From Convolutriloba macropyga (lineage: Eukaryota): a stretch of DNA of 64,000 nucleotides. This document shows, one piece after another, positions 1 through 14,807 of this stretch; position 1 is the stretch's first letter; every line of letters begins with the position of its first letter. The notes beneath the pieces were generated by a model. It ran no database searches. It saw only the letters and a list, made by a program, of their open reading frames with translations, and had not been told where the DNA came from. The position numbers were made by a program, and so were the translations under genes. Where the stretch lies: the NCBI RefSeq assembly GCF_964194025.1, contig NC_134470.1:52452001-52516000 (forward strand), in the 5' to 3' direction.

Positions 1-313
1 ACACATAGACACACAAACACATACACAGACACATAAACACACACACACACACACAACAAAAACACAAGCACACACGCAAAGCACAAACAAACACACACAG
101 ACACACACGCACACATAGACACACAAACACATACACAGACACATAAACACACACACAACAAAAACACAAGCACACACGCAAAGCACAAACACACACACAG
201 ACACACACGCACACATAGACACACAAACTCATACACCGACACATAAACACACACACAACAAAAAAAAACACACGCACACACGTAAAGCACAAACACACAC
301 ACACACACACTCA

Positions 314-354
<41 letters not shown>

Positions 355-390
355 ACAGACGCACAAATACACACACAACACATAAACACA
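1..390. repeat. Compound CA-rich microsatellite/minisatellite
   Basis: (CA)n runs interleaved with a repeated ~100-bp unit (acacatagacacacaaacacatacacagacacataaac). Confidence 0.95.
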
Positions 391-870
391 TGCTAATTTG
401 TAAAACTTTGTAGAAAAAAATATTGTCTATCAGTGAGTAGTAAATAAATACTCAAAAAGAATTCATGCAAAAATGTTGTTGAATTTCAAAGTTTTAAAAG
501 GGACATAGACTGACTGACTTACAGCGTACATTAAAGAAAAGGAAAGCACAATTTAGATAACTTTTCAAACTTACCATAGCACGTTTTGGGGGCTCTTTTA
601 TTGCTGGATTTGAAACGTAGTCAAACTCGGCCACGTATCTAAAAGCAATTTATAAACTAGGAAATATAAAATTAAAAAACTGGAAAAAGGTGCTTTTGAA
701 GGTGTTTTATAGATACATTTTTGAGAAAAAAATTTTCCAGAAAATTTTTTAACTTCAATTTAACTACAACAATTTTTCAGTATTTTAATAATTTTAATAC
801 AATTTTTGAAAGGCTTTAAAACAGAATTGACGAACTTCGAACAAATTGCAAAATACAGACGGAGAAAATT

Positions 871-1579
871 CCCGGGTTGAGATTTGGTCGAAAAATAATG
901 TAAGAATTGCGGTGAATAGCGGTGAAAAAAAAATAATTTTCACCGCAAAAAGCCCAAATATTTTGCGATGAATGCGGTGAAAGCGGTGAATTTTTGTAAG
1001 ATTTGCGGTTTTCAGCATTGAATTTTTGTAAAAATTGCAATTTTTAGCGGTGAATTTTTCTTATTTTCACCGCATTCACCGGATTTCTTGCAAAAAAGAA
1101 ACATCCTTACACGCGTTCGAACTTCTCATCTCCTACTTGTCAACAACTTCCTATTCCACTGCGCCATCTGTAACATACTTTCTTGATATTTCTTGTGAAC
1201 TTTAATCAGATTTAATAAACGTAATGAAAAACAAATGCGTTGAAATTTTGAAAGATTTGCGGTTTTTAGCAGTGAATTTTTTGTTTTCGCCGCTTAAGCG
1301 GTGAACAAAAATAATTCACCGCTACCAGCGGGAAGCGGTAAAATAAAAAATTCACCGCTAAAAACAGCAAATCTTACAAAAAATTACCGCAACAAAAATA
1401 TACAGTGATTTTTAGCGGTGAATTATCGTAAGATTTGCGATTCGTAGAGTTGAAATACTTTTTTTCATCGCATTCATTGCATTCAACGCTATAAATCGCA
1501 ATTCTTACATCTTTTCATCACATTCACCGCAAATCTTACATTCTTTTAGCGATTTTTAGCGTTGACACCTCGACCCGGG
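871..1579. mobile_element. Non-autonomous DNA transposon (MITE-like) with CCC...GGG termini
   Basis: Inverted termini CCCGGGTTGAG (871) and CTCGACCCGGG (to 1579), each flanked by TT. Interior is built from GCGGTGAA/TTCACCGC subrepeats in both orientations; no coding capacity. Confidence 0.65.
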
Positions 1580-3465
1580 TTTAAAAAAAATCAGCGGGGA
1601 TAACCCGTGGCACCTCAAATTATTTCTTGGCGCTATAAAACTGATTTTATGAAAATTATCAACATGCAAGAAAAAACAGCTCTATTTTCCTTTGACGGCA
1701 ATCAGAAACACATAATTTTTTTATCGGATAATCAGGCTATAAACATAAACTGACTTGCGACGGTTTTTGAAACATTTTAGCAGCAAGATCAGCATCCGTG
1801 CTCCATAGGTCATCATATCCACGTGCTGAAACATAAGTAGTCACATTGCCTCGGTGAATTATCATGAACAAACGATGAAATAAAAAATGGAAGCTTTTCT
1901 AAATATCGTAATTTTTTTCTCGGTGCATAGCAACTTAACTGGGAGTTTAAATATGCATCACGTGCCGATTGTGTTCGGGAGAAGATATTTTATAATTGAA
2001 AAACATTTATTCAAGAGATTTCAGGTTATTTTTTATGAAAACAAAAAGTGGATTGCCTTGAAACTCTAATTTAAACTAACGGGTCAATTTTGATGAAGGT
2101 AACATTTTAATGTACAATTCATCAGTGTATGAATAATTGTAATGGTGCCACCTTTTTTTTCAAAATACCGTTCCCATTGTGATCGGAAGTTTACTAACCG
2201 TCCAAGTTTTTCGTCTTTTTTGCTTGAATTCTTCTGTGCCCATCGATGCATAGCTCTGAAACGAACCAACAATAATCTAAAGTTTTGAGAGAAAACAATC
2301 TCGGCAACAGCTGCCATTGCAATTTTCCGGCCCTTGCAAACTATTGACATTTTAATATTAAAGCATGTTGAGTCAAGTCAGTTCATGTTTTTAATTGAAT
2401 GCTGTGGTCTAATTTATTGCTTCATGAAATTACATTTGAGCTTTTTTTCAAGCAAAATTCACATACTCTTTGTTCTCGTATCGTTTAACTATTTTCGTCA
2501 ATTGTTTTTGTGAAAAACTGATTAACGCTTGTTTTATTCCGTTAATTAGCAAAATTGTCTCACACAAATTAAAACCATCTATCATCTATAGCCACGCAAT
2601 CAAAGTATTCATAAAAATTACACAGAAGAAAATACAGCCCTAAATTGTGTCAATGTCCTCAAAATGCTCATGATTAGTAAATGCAAATCTATGTAAAACA
2701 GCAAATGGCTTACATAATGCTCCAACACGCCAAAACAATTTTAAAATTTCAGAACTTGATTATCACAGATGCAGTTCTTCAGTTGATTGAAGTAATTTGT
2801 TACACTTCTGATTGAACTTATTGAACTAGCGTGTTTTTTCCGATTAATGAAAATTCTTATTTTCAAAGGCCAGAACAATACCACATTTCTATGCTCACAA
2901 TAAAAACTGGAAACTAGAGTTTGGAAAGTTGTTGTAAGGATTTTTTTTGTTTATTAATAAAAAATATTCCCGTTTGTCATATTCTGCCTTCAAATTTGAC
3001 TACTGGTAGCTCATTGCAAGATTTTGATTCATTAAACAGGTCTACATTTATGAAGCATGGTCGTTTTGTTTTTATTTCCAAGTGAACACCATCATTTTTG
3101 TACATTTTTGTTTATTTGTACAGTGAACAGCTATACAATAGGGCACACTTTTTAACTGGAGCTGATGCATTTGTTTGTATGGAACCTTTAAACTCTAATA
3201 ATGCAATTCTCCTTACTTTTTTAGTACAAAACTATAATCTATATTATTTGAACACCGCTAGTCGTGGATAAAAGAAAAAAATGGCTTTTATCTATACCGC
3301 TACTCGTGGATAAAAGAGAAAAAAATTCAATAAAGATATCGGCTTTTTAAACTCTCGCATTCAAATTAAACTAACCTACAGTGGTTTTATTTCAACTGCT
3401 AAAACAATCCCGTGAGATACGGTAGAAATGGGAGTGGGACAGAACAGTGTTGTTTTTAAGCAGTT

Positions 3466-3973
3466 CCCAGACTGAGGTGTGCGCTCGAAATAGTCCCGAT
3501 CAGACCGTCCCATCCTGAAAGCGCCTTTGATCAGACTCAAACGCGCTCAAAATTTTTTGTGCGCTCGAAAATACCTGCTTTCCTGATCAGACCCATCTTC
3601 GCTCGAATGTACTTCTGATCAGACCCACTTGCGTTCGAAATCTTTTCTGATCAAACTCAGTTGCGCTCGAAATGTTCTCTGTTCTAAAGGCTTCAAGCGC
3701 ACGATTATAAACTATCTTGCGCTACCACTGTTTATGATCAGACGCAGTTGCGCTTGAACCGTTTATGATCAGACCAGCTGCACTTTGTGATCAGATTCAA
3801 GCTCGCTCAAAACTGGTTCTGACCAGACTCAAGCGCGCTCTAATCCGCCTCTGATCAAACTTAAGTGCGTTGCTGCCCTCGAATGCCCTGTAATTTCGAG
3901 CGTAAAACGGTCAAGTGTGCGCTCGAGCAGCTGGTCTGATCGAGATATTTTCGAGCGCACACCTCAGCCTGGG
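3466..3973. mobile_element. MITE with ~25-bp TIRs, possibly CMC/EnSpm-type
   Basis: CCCAGACTGAGGTGTGCGCTCGAAA ... TTTCGAGCGCACACCTCAGCCTGGG, flanked by TT on both sides. Interior has ~29-bp subrepeats containing TGATCAGAC and GCGCTCGAA. Confidence 0.8.
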
Positions 3974-5320
3974 TTGTGTTCAACGTCCGTCCTGACTCTT
4001 GGAAAAACCAAAGAATTGAAAATTTTCATAAAAGTTTCACATATAATGTCAACCTATCCTCATTTTCAAAAACGACGCAAATTCAAATTTAGATTCTTCT
4101 TCCATAAAGCATGTTTGCTAAAATAAAAAAAAACAGAGCACTTATCAAATTATTTAAATCAATTTTTGTTATTGTTGTGTGCTGCCAAAACTATTGTTTT
4201 CGAACTAAATGCTCATTACAATAGGTTAAAGATTCCATTTTGTTTTAAGAGAAAATTTCAAGTGCATAAATTTTTTTTGACCTAACTGAGATATGTATAG
4301 AATCATTTTAATAATATATGAAGAGTGAAATGTCAGAGACAGAACAGTTTTTCCTCTTTTTTCAATAATTTTTTCACGAAAAGTGAATACCTAGTTTTTA
4401 TTTTAGAGAAAAAAATGACAAAGTCTCGTTAAGACTCTATTTACTTTTTCGAGTTTTATAACGTTGCTGCTCTTTTATCTCTCCGTAAAAGATATCGATC
4501 AGCCAAAATTGAACAAAAAGCAAGGCGCCCATAATTATTCTAACCAACAACTAAAATTGAAGGTTTAGAACAATCACCCGATGTTCTTGAATGTTTCAAG
4601 AATAGAGACCCTATTTCAATTCAGTTGATCTTAACAAGATAATGCTCAGTTGTCTTTTAGTTTATCTTCAAATATCTTTTATTTTAGTTTTTGCCAATGT
4701 ATCATACATGTATATGAATAAAGATTCAATATTGGAAAAACATGAGCTCTCGAAAGGGGTTACCGCCCCCATCTTAGTGGGGCCAGAACCTGATGCCACC
4801 AATTCCAGGGGTTATAATTTCATCAGTACAATTTTCTTTTTCTTTTTTTTTGGGTGGAAGGGTGGCATAATGAAAAAGAGCCTAAGAGGGAGGCTGCTGG
4901 TCACAATAGGCATTCTTACCATGATTTGTTGGTACCTCTCTGAGCCGACAGCTATCTCAAAGTGACTTCTGTTCACGTTACTCATCTCTATCAGCTCTTT
5001 GTACCTCTCAGCTATCAACTCCTCCACCGTTTGTTCTGGTTAACATATAAATTAGCGGTAAAATAGATTTCGGAAAATAATCTGGTTTTGCTATCAATGA
5101 CTCCTGGTCAAAATTGAACACTCGGTTGCTTATTTCCAGGAATCAAGGAATGGATCATATAGTTTTAAGGGAACTTTGATAAGTTTCATGAAATGCATAA
5201 TCTTGTTGTGAGCACTATACCTCATTTGTCAGTGATCCCTAGAGACACGAGGTATATTGACGTATATATTTTGTATATAACAGTCCACTTCTCAAACGGA
5301 CTTCTAAGCTTTGTACGAAG

Positions 5321-5800
5321 CGTGTCCGGACAAAACAGTCCCAGACAAAAAGAGTTCAATAAAAGCAGAGAAAATAGTCCCAGACAAAATAGTCCCGAAT
5401 ACTTATCGAAACAATTGTTAATGTAAACTATTAACAATTAACAAACATAATCTAAGCGTTATGCTTCTTAACTCATTGTTTTTAAGTGATATGAACTAGG
5501 AATAATCCGAAAAAGTTTTTTGCCAAATAATGTTTCAAATTACATTATTTGGCAAAAACTATGTAATCAGCTGAATATTTGTTCTATAAAATTCAATCAT
5601 TTTAATAACTTAAGGGGTTTCTTTGTTAAATGGGCTGCATATGTTTAACTCTATAATTAGTTCGGACTATTTTAACTGGGACTGTTTTGTCTGCTTTCTT
5701 GGGACTATTTTGTCCGGGGCCGTTTTGTCTGGGAATATTTTGCTAATCGGAACCTTTTCGTCCGGGACTGTTTTGTCCGGGACTGTTTTGTCTGTTCAAC
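5321..5800. mobile_element. MITE with inverted subterminal repeat arrays
   Basis: GACAAAA(C/T)AGTCCC repeats at the left end are mirrored by GGGACT(G/A)TTTTGTC repeats at the right end. Boundaries approximate. Confidence 0.65.
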
Positions 5801-8800
5801 GTTCGAGGATGTCAAAAGTTTGAGGATAATGATTGTTTGGTTACCGGTAATATGATGCATATAAATTCATTATTTTTTGACGTTCTTTGAGTGTCACTGT
5901 GCGTTTCATTCGTAATTTTGAAAATTTTTTCAAGAAAACGTTAAAAATTCTCGTTAACGTTTCGCAAAAACTCGAAACCTGAACCTGCTTTGAAAGATTA
6001 TATTTGTATAATGTAGTCAACTTTGTCTTATTTTTCCGAATGAAAACTCTGAGGAAGACTATGAGTTTAACTGCTTAGTATAAGAAGAAGAAAGCTTGAA
6101 AATCAGAAATTTTTTTACAATGCAATGTCATTTTTATTACGAATTAAATCACTTTAAAAACAAGACACAAAGTTAATCATCAGTCGAAACTAAATTCATT
6201 AGTTACTCGTCTATTATTAAATAATATTTTGTCAACAAACAAAACTGTGAAAACTTTTGACGGACATTTTTATGTAGAAACGGGTACCGCCGTTCAATGA
6301 TTCTTTACAAATGTGATTATGTCTAAACTTATCCTTTACCAAAGTGCTCAAAAACAACCATTAATTGCTCAAAAATGGCCGCTCAAAAGTGATCAAATAA
6401 AACAACAACTTCTAATCGATACGTACCACTGAAAAACGTGATTCTCTCAAAATTTTTTATCATTCTCTTTAGGTCAAGAAGCACTAACTCTATTCACGTT
6501 GATAGAAGAAATCGATTTTATTAAAATTCTCATGTTTTCATTATGCTGCAAAATGTTTTCTTTATTAAACTTTTTCCAAAAATTAATAAAATACAACGAA
6601 TAAAATAGTTCAGAAGTTTTGATAGTTTTTTTCACTTTCTTCAAAATGGAACAGTTAAAATATTTGTCAAATACACCTCTTTATTTATATTGGTTTTCTG
6701 TGCTAAGTTTTGCAGGTGACGTATAACTTGACTACAGTACTTACGAACATAACAAAATTTAAATCACTGAAAAAATGATCTCTACTCTGGAAAAGCCACT
6801 AAGTTGTGTTTAAATTAATAACAATATGCAATGAATATTTTAGGACCACAAAGCGATCAGATTAGCACATGAATGGAATTAATTTGTGACCTAAAAAGTT
6901 GATCTAAAATTCAGTGTCCCATTACTTTAACATTTTTGACAAAAACTGAAAAAAGTTTAAATTTGCAGAAATAACAATCCTCAAACAAGACTGGTCAGAT
7001 TTCCTTTGCCAAGCCAAAGAAGGGTGAAATAGAAACATAAAATTGATATTAAAAGTCACCCAACCCAACTGCTACTGCTTTTGGCTATTTCTCGCCAAAT
7101 TGTTTGTTCGCCAGTTTGTTTCAATTATCTCCAAACAGTTTCTAAAACCAAATAGTTCTGAGAGCATATTTTTTCCAGAAAAATTGTTCAGTAATTGGTA
7201 ATCCGGTAATTGATATTCCTCTCAAAAATTATAACTTGTTTCTTAAATCTTTTCTTTTTTTCTAAAATATTCTGAAATGTCTTTTTGAGTTTTCTTTCTT
7301 AATGCAATTAATTTCAAAAAACAAAAAATCAGCACTTTCTTGTTTGTTTCTGCTTATTATGCATAGTTTAATGAAGATTACAAATAAAAAAATGTTAAGT
7401 TCTTTTCATGAGTCTTTCAAAGCAGAAAAATCTTTTTACAGTCATAACTAAAAAATTTACAGAATTTACAGGTAGCTATGCTACTTGCTTCAATAGCTGG
7501 CAGCGTTTCTAATGTGAAGCCAACTGTGAAAAGCAATGCAATTGTTGAAACAATTGCTCAGAAATTTTGTTTTCCTTCAAATTATTAAGAACAGTTTTTG
7601 CCATTAGTTGTAGTGTTTATTACAGATGGCAGGAGCTTAGCAATTAATTAAGTTACCTGATCTTTACTTCTCATTGGAGACTAAATCGTTTAATATTCGA
7701 TTGTACCCCTCAGTAGCCGGTTCGGGTTTTTTTCAGTTGTTTTTCCAAGTTCGTGCAATTTTGCACACAATTTATTATTTTTCACTGTGTATCTAGATAA
7801 TGACTAGATTTCTAATATATTCATGTTTCTTATCAAACCAACCCAAGTCGAATTTTACGTATTATTTGACCGTTTTGACATGAATGTTTACGGAATGACC
7901 ACTTTCGATCCTTTTTGCAAACTTAAGAGATGACTGGTTTTCAAGGGCATAAGAACAGACCAGTCAAAATAAAACACTCTGGAAAAATCAGTGATTGACA
8001 TTGTTGCGTCATAATCATTTTGTCTAAAAAAAAATTAGATGTCATTGCTCCTGTTGTCATTTATTAAGGGAAAAAAACCTTTCTTAAGACCCTTCGAATT
8101 TTTTTGGGTGAACAAATCTCGGATTTACCTAAATTCAGAATCAGCCGGATTTTTATTTTGAGAAACAGAGACAAAATTGACTTAACACCTAGAACAACTC
8201 AATCTTGTCAATGAGATGTCACCTCTTAACCTACGATTAGACATCGAACTATAAGACTAGGTCGTGCTGGTTTGGTTTTTGTTGACGAAAATCACACCGT
8301 CGATGTTCCTACTAAAAGTCGAGCAAAAGTCTTTTTATGCGCAATTTGGCAATTTGTCAAGCATGGTCTTTTTTATGGGAATTTTAGTTCGAGAATGATA
8401 TTTTCCTGGGTCGAGGTTTGTATAAAACTGGGAAATGAAACATTATAAACATTCAAAACAACCAAAAAAGAACGGTGTGGCTAAATTGCCTATGATTTCG
8501 TTCCAAAGCTCCCATATCGCGAAGATTAATTGAGAGATACCTGATAAGGTTTTCTTTGTTTCCTTTTCAAATTCGACCTTCTCGACACTCTCTCTCCAAA
8601 TGGCAGGAGTGGCCCTTTTGTCAACTGTGTGGAGAAACGTGTCAGCCGCCATATCTCAATCACCCACTCATTCAAAACAGTCTCTAAACAAACATTACTG
8701 AAGATAACGAGTAAGCTCGACGGCGAATTGAAAACTTGTTAATTAAAAATTATTACAATGCAAGAATGATTAATCTGGGCTTGCAAACACAATTAAATTC

Positions 8801-10499
8801 AAGGCGTTAATGCCAGATTTGATCGGAATGATTGCTTGCAATTCGACGACCGCAATTATAGGAATTAGAAAGAAATAATACAAGAAATGTTTGGACCCAG
8901 ACAAAAAGTTTGCAATACGCAAACACGCTTGTGCAAGTTTTAAAATGTCAGATCACTGCCGTGTCAAATTCAGTAGTGCCAGATTCAATTCTTTCAAGTT
9001 TGTGCTTCAAGCAAGGTTACGCGACTCTTGCTAAAATAACTTACAAATTCTGATTACCACATCGCCCGAATCTTGCAATACAATACAACGCCTTTCAAGA
9101 ATTTCTGACAAAATGTTGCAATATCTTGCAATCAAACCTATTTTTTTGCAATCTCATGGCCGATAACCACCGGTAATGCTAGAATCTTGCGAGGTAATCA
9201 TTTGCAAAGAAATTTCTGGTCCTGTTCCTGGAGACCTAGACTTTGAGATAAAACGCTAAAATGGGCGCAATGTTTGATTCTACAAATATTTTCCCCTACA
9301 TAACTCTCAGGCAAATTCAGTACTGAGTCAGAGTTTAAGTCAGGTCACATTTTCCACTGAATGCGTCTGATTCAGAGCTAGTTCAGTGGTTCCTTCTGAA
9401 TTATCTTATGATTCAGAAGAATACTGAATATTTTCTCTGAATTTTGATCTGATTAAGAGAAGTTCAGAAATCACTTAACAAATATTTCTGAAATCTTTCT
9501 GAATTGGTACAAAAACTTGAAACGTCTCTGAAAATGTTCTTAATCAGTACTGATTGTCACTGAGACTTAAGTATGGGCTAGGCATCGACAAAACAACGAA
9601 AGGTGAAATACAAAAAATAACATCATTAAAGTATTAAGCTACATCAAAACCTGAACAACAAAAACTGATGTCTGACCCCCAAAAACTGATAAAGCGAAAA
9701 GGAAGATCCAAATCGGCTCTTGAGTCCCAGTGTATTACTAAGGTTATTGGATATTAAGACATTAGAAATTTTTGCTCGAAATGATTGATTATAAATTTTT
9801 ACGAAAAACACCAAACTTAACCGCCTTGCCTATAGCACTTAAAGAGTATTTGACAGTCGTAATTCTGTTACATGTGCGATGCTTTGAACTCTGAAATATA
9901 TGGTTCAAATAGATGTCCAAAAGATTACAGTATCAAAAAGTGGCAGCTCAAGGAAAATCACCAAAGAGTTTTTCTTTCTTTTTCGTATTTTCTTTCCAAT
10001 TTGAGCTGCAAAATTAACCGGATTCAAAAGTAAAATGTTTAAAAATGCATCGCCTCCTAGCAATAGTTTTTTTTCAATTTCCCAATCGGTCGTTTCAGCA
10101 AAAGAGAACAAGACAAAAAAGCAAATGAGAACAACTTTTTAAGAAAGCAGATAATCAGTTATTAATTTCATAAGTATGTAAGCTGTTGAGTTTTCCCTCT
10201 AAATCATTCTCTCAATTTTTCATTGAAACATTAGCTCTCAATCCGTTTTGTTTTCTGAAGCTATGTTGATAAGAACACAGATATCCTTTCGTTTCTTCTT
10301 TTTGCCACTTATGTTGTAAAAAAACATAAGTTAGAACCCGGACCCTAACGCCATAGTAAATCGGTGCTGAAAAATTGCATACCAATTGTATGTAGTCAGC
10401 CCAATACTGTATCTGTGTATCCTAAGAGTATGTTGATACCTCATTATGTGCAATCTGTTCCCATAGATACATTTTTTTTCTGAAATTAGACTGTACATC

Positions 10500-13400
10500 C
10501 TTGGTTTTGATTCCCATGATGTTCATAGCAAAATCATGGATAATTGTGAAAATTTCAACAAAAAATTTAAACTTTGGGCGATGGACATGATGATGATTGT
10601 AATCTTAAAACCCTGCAAGTAACGTATTAAGATTAACAAAAAACACGCCAAAACCAGAAAAAAAACACGCCGGGAACCTGGAAACTGAAAAATTTGAGCC
10701 GAAATTGCAGATTTTTATAGTTTTTATTTCAGATTGTAAAGGAAATTTGCATAATTGTCTTGGTTTCAGTTTCGAAAACAGATGCAGTTATGGGCCGACG
10801 AATTATAAATGGAATACAAAATTTCAGGACTGATATGCTATGGGCAGGGAAATTAATCATATTTAAACAGTCATTATATGTTAAATGCCGAATTATATAG
10901 CTGGTAATTAGCTGTTCCTGGTTATTGACGATATACGAGTAGTTCTCTTAGTTTGAACCGCCATACTAGTGGTACTCGGGGGATCCCCTTTAATTTTATG
11001 GAGTGTCGATAAAAAGCTAAGTTGCTCGCGTTCAGATCCAGTGTACTGTTATTAGCCATAATGTGCTGAGGATGATAGAGGTTGGGGGAGGGATGACTGA
11101 TAGAGGGGAATCAACTGGGTAGGTCAGAGGGGTCAATTGGGTGGATCAGGTACTTGTACAAGTTCCTGCACATGCACTTGCCTTTGCACANNNNNNNNNN
11201 NNNNNNNNNNNNNNNNNNNNNNNNNNNNNNNNNNNNNNNNNNNNNNNNNNNNNNNNNNNNNNNNNNNNNNNNNNNNNNNNNNNNNNNNNNNNNNNNNNNN
11301 NNNNNNNNNNNNNNNNNNNNNNNNNNNNNNNNNNNNNNNNNNNNNNNNNNNNNNNNNNNNNNNNNNNNNNNNNNNNNNNNNNNNNNNNNNNNNNNNNNNN
11401 NNNNNNNNNNNNNNNNNNNNNNNNNNNNNNNNNNNNNNNNNNNNNNNNNNNNNNNNNNNNNNNNNNNNNNNNNNNNNNNNNNNNNNNNNNNNNNNNNNNN
11501 NNNNNNNNNNNNNNNNNNNNNNNNNNNNNNNTTTTTATTTTTCTTAAGCAAAAACTTTTTTTCTGTGAGATTTGTTTCATGATTCCCATAATGTTTGTAG
11601 CAAAATCATGGATAATTGTGAAAATTTTGAAAAAAAAAATGAAATTTTAGGCGATATACATGACGATGCCTTCATTTTAAAACGTTGAAAGTAACGTATT
11701 AAGATACACCAAAAACCCGCCAAACCAGTAAATACACACCGAAACCAGAAAAAAACGCGCCGGGAACCTGTAAACTGACAAATCTGGACCGAAATTGCAA
11801 ATTGCAGATTTTTTTGGTTTTTATTTCAGATTGTAATGGAATTTTGCATAAATGTCTTAGTTTTTATCTCCGAAAACAGATACAGTTCTGGGCCGTCGAT
11901 ATAAAAATGGAATACAGTGTTTCAGGACAGATATGCTATGGGACAGGGGAATAAATCATTTTTGAACAGAATGTTAAAAGCCGAATTAACCATCTTGTAA
12001 TTAGATGCTCCTGGTTAAAAGTATGCTAACACAAAAAACTCCATTAGATCATGTTCCAGCAGACAACAAGGAGGCTCGGCAATGTGCGTTTGCACATAAT
12101 GTTGCGACCCCACTCATTGTTGATTCATAGTCTTAATTTATGCCGATATACTAGTAGTACTCAGGGGGGGGGGGGGAGTGGCGATATACTAGAATTACTC
12201 TTAGTTTATGCCGATATAAAAGTGGAACCGGGGAAGGGGGACCCCCTTTACTATTATGGGGTGTCGATAAAAAGCTAAGTCGCTCGCATCCAGACATAGT
12301 GTACTGTTGTTAGCCATAATTTGCTGGCGATGATAGAGGAGAGTGAATGATAGAGGGGGTGTCATCTGGGTGGGTCAGAGGGGTGGGTCTGGGTCGAATA
12401 CTTGTAGATTTTTGTATATATGTAGATGCGTTTGCACGTGTNNNNNNNNNNNNNNNNNNNNNNNNNNNNNNNNNNNNNNNNNNNNNNNNNNNNNNNNNNN
12501 NNNNNNNNNNNNNNNNNNNNNNNNNNNNNNNNNNNNNNNNNNNNNNNNNNNNNNNNNNNNNNNNNNNNNNNNNNNNNNNNNNNNNNNNNNNNNNNNNNNN
12601 NNNNNNNNNNNNNNNNNNNNNNNNNNNNNNNNNNNNNNNNNNNNNNNNNNNNNNNNNNNNNNNNNNNNNNNNNNNNNNNNNNNNNNNNNNNNNNNNNNNN
12701 NNNNNNNNNNNNNNNNNNNTTTTTTTGAATTTTTTAAGCAAAACTTTTTTCTGTGTGAGATTTGTTTCATGATTCCCATAATGTTTGTAGCAAAATTATG
12801 GATAATTTTGAAAATTTTGAAAAAAAATGAAATTTTAGGCGATGTACATGACGATGACTTCATTTTAAAATGTTGCAAGTAACGTATTAAGATACACCAA
12901 AAACCCGCCAAACCCGTAAATACACTCTGAAACCAGAAGAAACACGCCGGGAACCTGTAAACTGACAAATTTGGACCGAAATTGCAAATTGCAGATTTTT
13001 TTGGTTTTTATTACAGATTGTAATGGAATTTTGCATAAATGTCTTAGTTTTTATCTCCGAAAACAGATACAGTTCTGGGCCGTCGATATAAAAATGGAAT
13101 ACAGTGTTTCAGGACAGATATGCTATGGGACAGGGGAATAAATCATTTTTGAACAGTCATTAAATGTTAAAAGCCGAATTAACCATCTTGTAATTAGATG
13201 TTCCTGGTTAAAAGTATGCTAACACCAAAAACTCCATTAGATCATGTTCCAAAAGACAACAAGGCTGCAAGGATGCTCGGCAATGTGCGTTTGCACATAA
13301 TGTTGCGACCCCACTCATACTTGATTCATAGTCTTAATTTATGCCGATATACTAGTAGTACTCAGGGGAGGGGGGCAGTGGCGATATACTAGAATTACTC

Positions 13401-13501
13401 TTAGTTTATGCCGATATAAAAGTAGAACCGGGGAAATGGGGACCCCCTTTACTATTATGGGGTGTCGATAAAAAGCTAAGTCGTTCGCATCCAGACCTAG
13501 T
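10500..13501. repeat. Tandem array of a ~1.1-1.2 kb unit (3 copies), each running into an assembly gap
   Basis: Marker gattccca(t)..tgtt..tagcaaaa at ~10509, 11581 and 12771. Copies 2 and 3 are near-identical; N runs at 11191-11531, 12442-12719 and 13502-13701. Confidence 0.85.
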
Positions 13502-14690
13502 NNNNNNNNNNNNNNNNNNNNNNNNNNNNNNNNNNNNNNNNNNNNNNNNNNNNNNNNNNNNNNNNNNNNNNNNNNNNNNNNNNNNNNNNNNNNNNNNNNN
13601 NNNNNNNNNNNNNNNNNNNNNNNNNNNNNNNNNNNNNNNNNNNNNNNNNNNNNNNNNNNNNNNNNNNNNNNNNNNNNNNNNNNNNNNNNNNNNNNNNNNN
13701 NACTCCAAATTTTATCATGAAATGGCTAATAAGCGCCATGATGAGAACTCTGGTCATGGGAAAAATCATTATGAAATTTTCATGATTCAGTTCTGAATTA
13801 TTATGACACTCAGATCCGGGAAAACACCTTAATTTTGGTGAAGATTCTTTGAGTGTTCTTTTTCACAATGCTCTTGATCAATTTCTTTGGTTCACTGTGA
13901 GCTAATATTGTGTTTGTATTGTATTTTTTACAAGAATCTTGCAAGATAAGCATTTTTTGCAAGATTATGGCAGAATTTTGTAGTATCCATTTGGCCTCGA
14001 CTAAGGTTAGCTTTTTATGGGTTTTTGCCACTGAAAGCTCGACTTAGTCTCAGTTGCACAAAATCAGTTCGCTCCGATTCAAAAGAGCAGATTTTAATTT
14101 TTTTTGCCTGTTTGTTGAATCCGAGGAATTGTTTTTCCGATTTAGCACAGAGACAATTCTTTAAATGATTGGTTCATTTGAAAAGCAACTGGTTCCAATT
14201 AATAGAGCAGGCAAAATTAAAGACTAAGTTTGGTGTGAAGGCGATTTAACCCAATACCAAAATACTCAATGTTCGAGATGGCCAATTCCAAAATACCAAT
14301 TTCCAACTTTCTCTATCCAATTCCAGTTTTTTGTTAAACAGGAAAACTATCGGAGATGAAACTGACACGCCAAACAAAGACTCTAAAGTCAATCGAAAGG
14401 TTATAATTTTGTGCTATTTGCATTATTTGAAGGCCACCAAAAGCCTATAAAGAACCAAATCTGAGTAAAAGTACAAAAAACTCAAGAAGGTAAAATCTAG
14501 TTTTTTCACAATACAGCTCACGAGTAAACAGATAACTACACTTTTATGTGATAATTTAATAATTGATAATTTTATATGAGGGTTACAAAATGAAAGGCAT
14601 GTCCATAAACACTCTTAGGTACCCGCGTAGACAAGAGTGAATTCATTCAATAACATTTAGACGTTCTATGATCTAAACTTGGGCTTGTTC

Positions 14691-14807
14691 AGCAGTGGAT
14701 AAAACAAGGCTTCCAGCCACCAGCCAACTTGGTCCATTTTTCCTCCTCAAAACTCGGGAAATGAATCAAGTCGTCTGCTGACTAGAAGCCTTATTTTATC
14801 CACTACT
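14691..14807 (+). repeat. Left TIR of the Polinton (self-complementary hairpin)
   Basis: About 106/117 identical to the reverse complement of 27339-27455. Begins AGCAGTGGATAAAACAAGGCTTC and ends GAAGCCTTATTTTATCCACTACT. Confidence 0.95.

Noticed and set aside
3253-3320. Two copies of CCGCTA.TCGTGGATAAAAGA resembling the Polinton terminus
   Set aside because: Only ~10 bp (GTGGATAAAA) is shared; no TSD or further similarity.
3466-3973. Regularly spaced ~29-bp repeats superficially like a CRISPR array
   Set aside because: No unique spacers, enclosed by TIRs, eukaryotic context and no cas genes.
4812-5027. 71-aa ORF ending in an A-rich run, possibly a retroelement 3' end
   Set aside because: No recognisable domain or TSD; cannot be supported.
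11111-13769. Long ORFs containing X runs (also 55382-55714)
   Set aside because: Artefacts of translating through N gaps.
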